From: Octopus sinensis
Taxonomy: Eukaryota
NCBI RefSeq assembly: GCF_006345805.1
Contig: NC_043013.1
Location: 35,464,001-35,528,000 of the forward strand
Direction: 5' to 3'
Length of the DNA: 64,000 bases
Below the pieces are notes generated by a model, which did no database searches, was not told the DNA's origin, and saw only the letters and a program-made list of their open reading frames with translations. Below, one piece after another: positions 24,728 through 36,672 of this stretch. Position 1 is the first letter of the stretch; the number at the start of each line of letters is the position of its first letter. The position numbers were made by a program, and so were the translations under genes.

Positions 24728-25782
24728 GTGTCTTAACCATTAAGAATTGTGGTTATATTGGAATTCCACTTTATGCATGGTAGCATAACACAGCTTGTAT
24801 TGCAGTTTCTTCAGAGCATGTGTGTGCTTTTCCCTTGTCAGATCAGTGAAATATTGAATTCTGTTCCACACTGACCTTCAAACGTTGGGCCTCATGGAGG
24901 CAATAACAAGTGACCAAGACTTTTGGCGATATGCTGTGCTTGAGAGGAGCTGTCAAACCAAGTGAAATCACAGTCATGGCCGAAGCCAGTGTCATGTAAC
25001 TGGTATACATGCTGGTGGCACATAAAAAACACCCTTCGAATGTTGGACAAAATGCTGTACTTGGAGGGGACCTGTCAAGCCAAGTGAGATTGTAGTCAAA
25101 GCCGATGCTGGTGTCATCTAAATGAAACCCATGCTGGTGGCGCATAAAAAGCACCCACAACACTCTTGCAGTGGTTGGCCTTAAGAAGGACATCCAGCTG
25201 TATAAACCCTGCCAAATCAGATTAGAACCTGGTGCAGCTCCTCAGCTTACCAGTTTTCAGTCAAATCATCCAACCCATGCCAGCATGAAAACAGACGGTA
25301 AATGATGATGATGACGATGATTGTGGTGGTGGTGGTGGTGGTGATTATGATTATGATAATGATGACGATGATGATGTTGATGACGATGATGATAAGTGAT
25401 TAATACCAGCTAAAGATGGCTGGCCTAGAATAATAGAAAGAAACTTCGTCAAGTGATGTTTGACATTATCAACAATAGCAATCATAGTATTTCTGATTTT
25501 AAAGATTTTGCTATGAAATTCTGGTATCATTTTAGAATAATTTTTGGAACTATTAATTATTAGAAACTAAATTTAGAACGAGGTTAATTCTTAAACAATT
25601 AATACCATCTATTGTATTCTTTTTAGTCCTGGTTATATGGATGAGAAAAATAATTATATATATATATATATATTATATATATATATATTATATATATATA
25701 TATAGAATATATATTATGTGTGTGTGTGTGTGTGTGCGTGTGTGTGTGTATATGTATATATATGTATATATATATGTGTATA

Positions 25783-25815
<33 letters not shown>

Positions 25816-25873
25816 TTATGTATATATATATATATGTATATATATATGTGTGTGTATGTATGTGTATGTATAA

Positions 25874-25906
<33 letters not shown>

Positions 25907-27055
25907 ATATATACATATATATACACAGAGAGAGAGTGAGAGATTTCATCTTGTTAATATATTTAAAAATTTTATGGTCTTAGTAGGAAATTTCCATATG
26001 CTGGTCATTATTTTTTTAGTTTAATTATTTTCGTTTTTTGTTTTTGGAAACGGGAATGTCTATCTCTTATGGAACATTGGAGAATAATCCATCCTTATTG
26101 TAGAAAAAGGTACAATCAGGAATTTTATTACAAGGGACTTGCATACATTTACATATATTTAGTTACGTATAAATATTTGTACCATATGTGTGCATGTAAA
26201 TGTATATTTATATATGTTATGTATGTATATATATATGTGTATGTATATGTATGCATGAATGTATGTATATATGATATATAAATGTATGTATATGTATGTA
26301 TGTTCAAGTATGTATGCATGAGCACATGCATGCCTTTATGTATGCATACGCATATGTATATATATATATATAGACATATATTTTTGTATGGGCATGCCTG
26401 TGTATGTATGCCCATGAGTCTGTATGTGCATGTATTAGTGTGTATGAGAACTCAACCTCTATACAAAAGCTAAGAATCTATTGTTATATGTCTTTCATTG
26501 ATTTTTTCATATTTTTTCCATAAAGTTCAAAATAGTAATAACATTCCTGTCAAAGAGAAAATTTGGAACACGCAAATGGTTTGTATCTGTAGAAACCATA
26601 AGAACTTCATGTGTGTGTGTGTGTGTGTATGTATGTGTGTGTGTAAGAGAGAGAGAGAGAGAGAGAGTTTGTCACTGCAGTTCCTTATGATAGAAATATT
26701 AATTTAGAAATTACAGAGAGAGAAAGCTAACTGAATAAGTGGGTTTTATGAAACAGTATTTGAATATAAGAAATTATTGGAGATCTTCAAACAGCAGAGA
26801 AAAGAAAAATAACCTGAAACAAAAAAATATATATAAACACATACATATGTATATGTGTATACACACACACAAATAAATACACATAAACACACACACACAT
26901 TTCCTCTTTCTCTCATACACACTCAATTCATAATTTTTTTGAGGTGGGATATATTATTTCATTAATATATATGTTCATCTGTATATACATACATGTGTCT
27001 ATGTAACTATGAATGAATATATATGCATATGCATCTACACACACACGTGGAGGTG

Positions 27056-27103
<48 letters not shown>

Positions 27104-29289
27104 TATATGGATGATAAAATACATAGTTAAGAAGAGAAAGTATTAGTGTATCTTGTTATATAAGTGATAAATAGTTAAATGTGATCAGAGGAGATAGAAT
27201 TTTACTATGTCAGAAAATAACATAGAAAATTAAAACCTCCAAAACTACTATATAAAAAAAAAACTAGTGAGCAAATTTTTGCTGAAAATAGTTAAAAGAT
27301 AATAAACAACTTTAGACATTTCTGAAGACAAAAACAGAAAAAGAAGCAACAATAAAAAAAGACCCACAAATAACTATTTCAAAATAAATTAAATAATAGG
27401 TAAAAAAAATAATGATAATACCAAATCATTAGTTTTAATGGAAGTAATAACAGTAGCAATAGTTGTAGTAATAATAAACTAGACTGAAATGAAACTGAAG
27501 TAAAAATTTACACAAAAATGATTAATATAAAAATATAAATATAAAAAAAAAGTAAGAGAGAGAAACAAAAATCTAAGGAATACAGATGTACTGAAAAATT
27601 ACTTTCAATAAGAGAAAACTTCAAATATTGACTCACACAGAGAAGATAATTTCTATAGCTGCTGACATACACGCATACACACATACTTCAATCCCACACA
27701 AAATCACTCTATGCAACCTCTTCAAAATAGCAATAAACTTTAAAAAGAGAAAAATTATATGTTGTTATAACACTAATGTTGATGATGATGAAGATGAGAA
27801 TAACGATGTTGTTATTAGCGTCGTTGTTGTTGATGTTGTTGTTTGTGGTGATGGTGGTGGTGGTGGTGGTGGTAGTACAAGTATTGTAGTAAAAATTGTT
27901 GTTGTTGCTGTTGATGTTTCCTTGTCGTTTTTGTGTTTGGCATCAGATTATGTACTATAATGTCTACCGAAAGAAGGTAATAAAAATCAGCATTATTATT
28001 CTCCTAACAAGCGTAAATGTGAAAAGCAGAGATGGTAAAAACACCAGAAGTGAATTACAGGGCATGCATTTTAGTTTGTCTTTGCTTCTAATTAAAGATC
28101 TCAGAAAGTTATCAGTCACACATAAAATGTAGAAATTTTGTCTATCATTTTACACACTTTTTTTTTCCTAATTTTCTTATAATTCTTTATTTTCACTTAA
28201 TTTATTTCCATTTTTTTAATGTATTTTTTATCTTCTTTATTTCCTTCATCTTATTGAATTACATATTTTATTTTGTTTTTGTTTTTATTTCAAATTGCTA
28301 TCTCCCTTTCTTAAAAGTTCTTCTTGCAATCTGTGCTTGGTAAACCTTAAATATTTTCTTAAGAAAATATGGAGAAGATAATTAATCTAGCATCTCGTTA
28401 AAAGCAAAAGCCTCAACCTATACTTTACCTTTAGATAGGTTTTTATACAAATAGATAAGCATGTTAACTAGATCTTTTCAAAATGAAAGTCTCCATTCAT
28501 TGTTTATTTGTTAGATTTGTAAATAAAAATACAGTACATAGTTCTCTCTTCATAAGTTAAGCCACATATTATCTCAACAATATATTTCTCTCTGCTACCA
28601 AAAGTAAAACAAAAGTAAACAAAGCAGAAGTAAATAAATTTAAATAAAAAACACTTCTAGTGTGTAAAATAGAGAGAAGACAAATATTTTATTTTGTATG
28701 AAATACTTAAGTTCTGATTTTTGCATTGTTTATTTTTTATTTTTTTTATTTTCTTTTCCTTCCTGTTCTGATATATCTTCGGTAAATTAAAATCATGGCA
28801 AACTCTTTGAGCATTTCTGATATTTACAATTCATTCATTTATTTATTTATTTATTTATACCTCATTTTCTTTTTACTTAATATACTTTTGCCTACTTCAT
28901 TTTTTAATGCTTTTTACAATATCATAAGCAAATTGTTTTAGAAAGTTATTTCACTATTTTCCCTAGAGAAACCAACTTGGAATCTAAGTTAATCTAAAGA
29001 AATACAATTCATAGCTGGATGGAATCTGTAACTAGAAATTTATTAATCACACTTTTATTTTATCATTGAAGCTGTTTTCATTACAGTGTTATATTATGCC
29101 CTATTTTTGACCTTTCTTTCCATAGTCAATCAATTATTAAAGTTTTTCTTTCTCTTTTGTCTTAAATTCTATTCCTGTGTGTCCCAGCTAATGAATATTA
29201 CTTAGAAAGAGAATATGTATTCATAATAAGTAAAGAATATGGTAAGAAAGGATGATAATGATTGACAACTATAATAATAATAATGATTG

Positions 29290-29570
29290 CTAAGATGTGG
29301 CAGCTATGAGAGTCAGACATAACAGTTATCCGCATTGGGTTCAATACCACCCGATCTCAAAAAAACGTCTGGAAACTTTAGAAATACCCTACATTCTAGG
29401 TTTTATTGCAAAAGTCGGCATTACTTGGAACTGCACGCATATTGTGTAAAGTACTGTCCGTCTGAGGTCGTTGTGACATGATAAACAGTACAAACCCCTG
29501 GCAGATACAATATCTTCAATCAACAACCTCACGGTATTGTATACTGTGTGGTGTCTATAATAATAATGAT
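29290..29570 (+). pseudogene. 3' end of an R4/Dong-like (restriction-like endonuclease) non-LTR retrotransposon; second copy at 57272-57530
   Basis: ALGSIPPDLKKRLETLEIPYILGLLQKSALLGTARILCKVLSV* (with small frameshifts), with (TAA)n at the junctions. Confidence 0.7.
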
Positions 29571-30835
29571 GATGATGATGATGAAGATGATGATTTATGA
29601 CTTCTGATCTTAACTGGTTGGAAGTGTTATCATGTACATTGTTTTGTCTTGGTATAAAGGATGGTCTACAACAAATATTCTGCTCAATACAGCAGATTTG
29701 TTTGTCAGTAGCTTGACCTTAACCTGTCGAGCATGTCCCTTATTGGCTGACAATATGTGCATCTCTGATCATGAGCAGGAGTAGATGGCAAGCATTGCAG
29801 ACATGTGTTGAGAGGAATTCTTTGGTGTTAAAATAACTTACCTATTGAATCACGCAGGTTTTATTCATCATCCTTAAACAACCATTATTCAGGGACATTT
29901 GAGCATGGTGGGCCACTTGATCTGAACAAAATGCTAACTGGGCTCTACTTGTAAGTCCATGCACTGTTTATCTTGATATGAGATCACCATATCGTACACA
30001 TATGGTTGTGATGCATGTGCCTCTTGTACCCTTATCGGACTGGTAGTCATGATAGGTATAAATAAATACTCCCTTTAAAGCCTAGCCAAGCTCATGGGCC
30101 ATTCCCAGTTTCAATGGTGTATGTGTTCCCCAGCTGGATGGGACGCTAGTCCATCACAGTGTTATTCATTTTTGCCAGCTGAGTGGACTGGAGCAACATG
30201 AAAGGAAGTGTTTTGCTCAAGAACACAACACATTGCCCGGTCCAGGAATCGAAACCACAATCTTACAATCATGATGCTGACACCCTAACCACTAAGTCAC
30301 GCACCTCCACCATGATAGGTATATTGGGCTTTATATATTTGTACACCAGAGTTGCTTTGACAACATACACTGCTCGCTCACTCGGTAATAATTCTCCCTA
30401 CTATATGCACAAGGTTTGAAATTTTGAGGGAAGGACTTTAGTAAACAGCATTGACCCCCAGTGTCTAACTGGTACTTATTTCGGCACTGAAAGGATAAAA
30501 GGAAAAGTCAATCTTGGTGGAATTGGAACTTAGAAAATAAAGACAGAAAAAATGTTGCTAAGCATTTGTACTAACCATTCTACCTGCTCACCACCTTAAT
30601 TATGATAATAATAACAACAACAAAATGAACCATAATCTTTCTAACTTTGGCATGGGCCAGCAGTTTTAGAAGGGAGGGGGATCAAGTCGATTATGTTGCA
30701 GCAAGTTCTTGGCTAGTATGTAATTTATCAGCCCCAAAGGCTGTGTTGACCTTGGCAGAATTTGAACTCAGAACATAAAGGTGAATGAAATGCTGCTATG
30801 CATTCTGTGTAATGCTAATGATTCTGCACACATGC

Positions 30836-30877
<42 letters not shown>

Positions 30878-30885
30878 CATTATTA

Positions 30886-30948
<63 letters not shown>

Positions 30949-31395
30949 TATTATTATTAAGGCAGCAAGCTGGCAGAATCATTAGCACACCAGGCAAACT
31001 GCTTAGAGGCACTTCATCTGTCTTTACATTCTGAGTTCAAATTCCATCGAGGTTGACTTTACCTTTCATCCTTTTGGGAGTCAATAAAATAAGTACCAGT
31101 TGAATACTGGGGTCAATGTAATTGACTTACCCTCTCCCTTGAAATTGCTGGCCTTGTGCCAAAATTTGAAATCATTATTAAGGCAGTGAGCTGGGCAAAG
31201 GGCTTAGAGGCACTTCAACTTCCTTTACGTTCTGATTTCAAATTTCATCGCATTTGACTTTGCTTTTCACCCTTTTAGGAGTCAATAAAATGAGTACCAG
31301 TTAAATACTAGGGTCAGTGTAATTGACTAAACCCCTCCTCCAAAATTGCTGGCTTTGTGCCATATTTTGAAACCAATGTTAAAAGATGCTTGCAG

Positions 31396-31806
31396 TATAG
31401 GCGCAGTATGGCTGTGTGGTAAGAAGCGTGCTTCCCAACCACAGGGTTCTGAGTTCAGTCTCAATGCATGGCACCTTGGGCAAGTGTCTTCTACTACAGC
31501 CTCAGGCTGGTCAAAGCCTCCTGAGTTGATTTGGTAGATGGAAACTAAAAGAAACCTGTTTATATGTGTGCATGTGTGTGTGTGTGTGTCTATGTGTGTG
31601 TTTCTTTCTGTCAGTGTTTGTACCCCTATCACCACTTGACAATCGGTGTTAGTGTGTTTACATCCCTGTAACTTAGTAGTTCAGCAAAAGAGACCAATAG
31701 GTCAAGGCTTAAAAAAAGCCCCGGGGTCCATTTGTTTGACTAAAAATCCCTTTAAGGCAGGGCTCCAGCATGGCCACAGTCAAATGACTGAAACAAGTAA
31801 AAGAAT
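31396..31806 (+). mobile_element. SINE family A, full length
   Basis: Head, internal TG tract and tail all present. Confidence 0.85.
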
Positions 31807-31894
31807 GAAATAATAACCATGGAAGAGACAGTAAAATTTAAATTCTTTGAAGAAGTTAGGTGAAAAACAAATCCAGAAAAATATTCTGCAGATA

Positions 31895-32624
31895 CAGTAA
31901 TCTCTTGATTATCACAGGGGTTATGTTCCAAACTCCATCGCATCATCATCATCATCATCGTTTAACGTCCGTTTTCCATGCTGGCATGGGTTGGACAGTT
32001 CGACTGGGGTCTGTGAAGCCAGGAGGCTGCACCAGGCCCCAATCTGACCTGGCAGTGATTCTACAGATGGATGCCCTTCCTAACGTCAACCACTCCGAGA
32101 GTGTAGTGGGTGAGTTTTACATGCCACCAGCACAGGGGCCAGGGGAGCTGGCATCAACCATGATTGGGTGGTGCTTCTTACATGCCACCAGTATGGAAGC
32201 CAGTCAAAGTGACACTGGCATTGGCCACATTAGGATGGTGCTTCTTACATGCCACCAGCATGGAAGCCAGTCAAAGCGGCACTGGCATCATTCAGATGGT
32301 GTCACGTTCAGATGGTGCTTTTTACATGCTATTGGCACGAAGCTCACAACTACAACTTCTATTTGATTTGATATTGATATTGCTGATGTTGATGTAGTTG
32401 ACTCAATAGGTGACCTCAAGCAGTGCATGTCACCCTACGCACGATAGATGAAAATCAGCAAAGTAGAAACAGTATTGTACTGCATATCTCTTTAATTATT
32501 TTTATAATTTGTATGTATTTATTTTATTATAAATGCAAAACAACACCATGGAGGAATCGACATAGGCTTAAATAATAAACCATGATAGGTGAACTGCCGT
32601 AGTGAACCATGTAAGGTACTACTG
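31895..32624 (+). mobile_element. pogo/Tigger-like MITE interrupted by a family B insertion (31942-32430); uninterrupted copy at 61271-61489
   Basis: TA-cagtaatctc...actactg-TA termini; the body aaagtagaaacagtattgtactg..ataggtgaac is shared with 61330-61489. Confidence 0.65.
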
Positions 32625-34382
32625 TATATGTTTTCAATGTTTACCAGCTCCATTTTTACTTGAATTTAAAAGAAAAATTATTTCAGAAATTTATTCGTAA
32701 CAAGCTTGATTCAAAAAGGCAGGTGTTTGTTTTAATGTGACAAATTTTTGAGATCATGTCCTGTTTTTCATCCTTTTAGTGTTGATAAAAATAATTACTG
32801 CTTTAATTATTTGTATGGCACCTGTGCAAGGACGGCATGCAAATTTGTGAAGCACTTCATCTTTTTTTTTTTCATGGCCTTAAGAAGGGCATCCAGTCAT
32901 AGAAACCATAACCAAGTCAGACTGGAGTCTAGTGCAGCCCCTCAGCTTACCAGCTCTGGTCAAACCGTCCAACTCATGGCAGCATGAAAACAGACATTAA
33001 ACGATTGTGATGATTCCTTCCATATATAAAGAAAAGAAAGAATATATGCACTTGAGCAAGGCATTAGTAATTACACATTATTTACAAGTGTCTTTGAATA
33101 TATATATTGGTGATCAGTGGCTTTAATATCATGCTATGACAGTAAGCCAGCCTGCCCAGGAGGGAATACATAATGAAGAATGTAAATATCTTCTTTATGT
33201 CATTCATTTGGAATGATGATTCCTGAATGGAACGGTGTAATTGTTCCATTACCTTTTGGTGAAACTAACAAAAACAGTGTTCATCTGTTGTAAATACAAT
33301 CTCTTCAATTTCAAATATAGAATAGGAAATAAATTGTAGAACAGGCAAAAAGTATCATAATGAAGAGTTAGAGAAGAAAACTGCTTACACCAGTCCAATC
33401 AACTTGTAGAGAAATTAACTAAATTGACGAGAAACTGTTACAACTTGAGGGTTACAACACACACAAGCGCTCTAACGCACCTGTGTGCCTACACAGACAC
33501 ACACGCACACCTACACGCACATACACACACCTACACGCATACACATGTGCAGTACGTCCAGGTGTTAAGACGCGGTGGTGATTCACTGATTTTTATGTCT
33601 CCTAATTACTAACAACATTAACTTTCTTTCATGTTTATTGAAACCTTTATTTTTCTCAGTTTGTTTTCTTCAAGTTTCCATCATCTCTGGGGCAACTGTA
33701 TCTATCTGACACTGCTACTTAACCCTGACATCAGGCATAGTTTTTCTTTTTCTCCTTTTCTTCCAGTTTATGTCTAATTACATAGCAACCTGCAGCCATA
33801 ACAGAATTTCTCTCACTACTCCTCCTCTACCTTCTCCTCTGCCTCCGCCACTGTCTCAGGAAATTTAAGAGTATTTCGTTACTGGTAGCTTTCATTAAGT
33901 TCCTGTACAGTTTGGGTTTTCTTTTTTCTTATTTTCTCTTTTTTTTTGTCTTTTTCATCTTCCACAATATACTAATAAATTTTATTTTAAAATCCTAGTC
34001 AGGGACCTCCATGGAAGTACACACCTGCCGTTAATTAACAAAATGAAGAAAAAATGAAGAAATAAATGAGCAGGTAAATCTGTGCCTTATATCAAATCTT
34101 GCTTGGGATGCAGATATTTGCTGATGTCTTATCAATACTTTGTAACATCTGCAGCCATGACAAAACCCTTAGAAGAAAGACACAAAGTTTTGGGTGCAAG
34201 GAACTGCTAGGCCTCTTTAGTTCTCAATTTATGTTGGTGGAATAAATGGAAATTTTAAAAAATATTCTTGTAGTATACTTTTGTTATTGGTAAATATTTT
34301 GGTAGAATAAAAGTATTTTACTTCAAGAATATCAGCTTCCAAATTTCCCAAGCATCAGTCATTTGAAAGGATTGGTATAAAG

Positions 34383-34685
34383 CTGTGGTTCTCTTCCATT
34401 TTTTGTAACTATGGATCCCTTTCATTCCTATTTTAGTCAGTTGGAACCCCATAACTATTCATTGCTTCCAAAAATCGTCTTATATTTTTATTAAGATTAT
34501 TAGGATTTATTAGAATTTTGCTAGGATTAAATTTTTATTATTTAAAAAAATTTTTTTAATATTTTGTGTATTGTAGAAGTAAAACCAATTTATTATGCAT
34601 AAATTTTAACAACCAAATTTTATATGGTCCTTCATGCATTATATGGACCTTCAAAGATCATATGGTCCCCAGTTGAGAATCACTG
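34383..34685. mobile_element. hAT-Charlie-like MITE
   Basis: TIRs ctgtggttctc / gagaatcactg; imperfect 8-bp TSD gtataaag / gtacaaaa. Confidence 0.65.
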
Positions 34686-34973
34686 GTACAAAATGTCTAA
34701 GATTTTTTAGATAATCAAATCTTTGCCATAGCTATAAAGCTAACATAAATCTTTCTACTATAGGCACAAGGCCTGAAATTTTGGGGGAGAGAGCCAGTCG
34801 ATTACATCGACCCCAGTGCACAACTAGTACTTAATTTATCAACCCTGTAAGGATGAAAGGCAAAGTCGACCTCAGCAGAATTTGAACTCAGAACATAGCG
34901 ATGGGCAAGATACTGCTAAGTATTTCATCCAGCATGCTAATGATTCTGCCAGCTCGCCACCTTGATGATAATA

Positions 34974-35026
<53 letters not shown>

Positions 35027-35524
35027 TTATTCTTTTATTGGCCACAAGGGCCCACATACAAAAACATTAAATGACAAACCACAACATAAAGACAAAAACA
35101 GGACGATACAATGGGTTTTTGTGTGTATACAATATAAATAACTGTTAAACATTAAACAAATTAAACTCCCAATAGAGAGGTGCTTTAAGGTCCTCGTGGA
35201 AAACCCCACAAAAGCAACAGGTACCTGAACAACAGAGCAAGAGCTCTTCTCCTTTTTTACAGGTGCACACTCAGAATTGGTCCTTTCACGCTGGCCATTC
35301 TTCCAACATTCACTCACCTTTCAACAAACTTGCTACAAGGCAACACTTCCCTCTCCACCCTCAACTTACTTTTCAAGCGAAACTTGTAAAAGTTGATGAG
35401 GGCTTGGCTAAAAAGGAAAGTGTCTGTCTTTAGCCCTTTCAAACAGGTCCACCATGCTACCTCTTTTGCTACATCCACTAGACAAATAAAAATTGCCTTC
35501 CCTTTTCGGCCAAAAGAGGTGTCG

Positions 35525-36018
35525 GGGCAAATGTCTTCTACTACAGCCTTAGGTCGGCCAAAGCCTTGTGAATGGATTTAGTAGACAGAAACTGAAAGAA
35601 ACCCATCATATATATATATCACTGTGATCACCATGACCGACCAGGCTATCAGATGTTGCTACACATCGCTGGTCACAATGCGTTTTGCATTGTTTTAGCC
35701 TTCAAATGACGCCACCCCGCTGGCTAAGCGAGCAGGCCAATATATATATATACATATATATATGTGTGTGTGTGTTTGTGTGTATTTTTGTGTATATATG
35801 TATGTGTGTTTGTGTCTATGTTTGTCCCCACCAACATTGCTTGACAATTGATGCTGGTGTGTTTACATCCCCGTAACCTAGTGGTTCAGCAAAAGAGACT
35901 GAGAGAATAAGTACTAGGCTTACAAAGAATAAGTACTGGGGTTGATTTGCTCAACTAAAGGCAGTGCTCCAGCATGGCTGCGGTCAAATGACTGAAACAA
36001 ATAAAAGAATAAAAGAAT
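35525..36018 (+). mobile_element. SINE family A (5'-truncated) with a nested minus-strand family D fragment (35619-35740) in its (TA)n
   Basis: Head end, then TA, then the reverse complement of the 22817-22980 sequence, then TA, then the tail. Confidence 0.8.
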
Positions 36019-36099
36019 ATATATATATGTTCTTTACATATGTGTGTGTGCATGCACATTTGTGTGCGTGTTTGCATGTGTGTGTGTGGGGGGGGGGGG

Positions 36100-36672
36100 T
36101 AGAAAGGGCTCCTTAGCCGTAGTGAAGGCAATCTATCTAGGGAGATAACCTTACAATAAATCACTCGGTCCGTAGCTTAGAAATACTGGGTTGACGTCCA
36201 GCGGGAACAGCTTTGTTTCATGGAGGAGGAAAGATCTTCTTTAGTACTTGGTTGTACAATGCTTTCCAATGTGTGTAGTAGTGGCGCGCGCACACATTAT
36301 TAGCCATTTGAAAAGACTATGGAATTTACAATTAACTGCACCAGGGTTCCTCTTCCCCAGGGAACCAGACCTAATGGTATACCTGCAAATATAGGTCCAG
36401 CCCTGCTTTGCCGGGTCCTGTCTCTGATCACGTTGCACCTCCAAGGGCATCCATTGACGGTGATGCCCTCAATCTTAATAGACGGGTATCACCTGATGGA
36501 GAAGAGTCAGCTCCCAACCAAACAAGCACCCACTCTCCTACCCTGATGTAATCTCCAGGGATACAGGCATCCAGCAACAGGACCTCCGTAATGCCATGAT
36601 GGACCGTGAAGTCTGGCGTAGCATCGTAAATTCCATTGTCTCGACCACGGTCGAACAATGATGATGATGATG
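36100..36672 (+). mobile_element. RTE-related element: 5'-UTR/ORF-start-like segment joined to an RTE C-terminus with (GAT)n tail
   Basis: 3' part translates SYPDVISRDTGIQQQDLRNAMMDREVWRSIVNSIVSTTVEQ* followed by (GAT)n; 5' part has ggctccttagcc..aggcaatc..agggagataacc and a short ORF (36319-36546). Confidence 0.55.
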
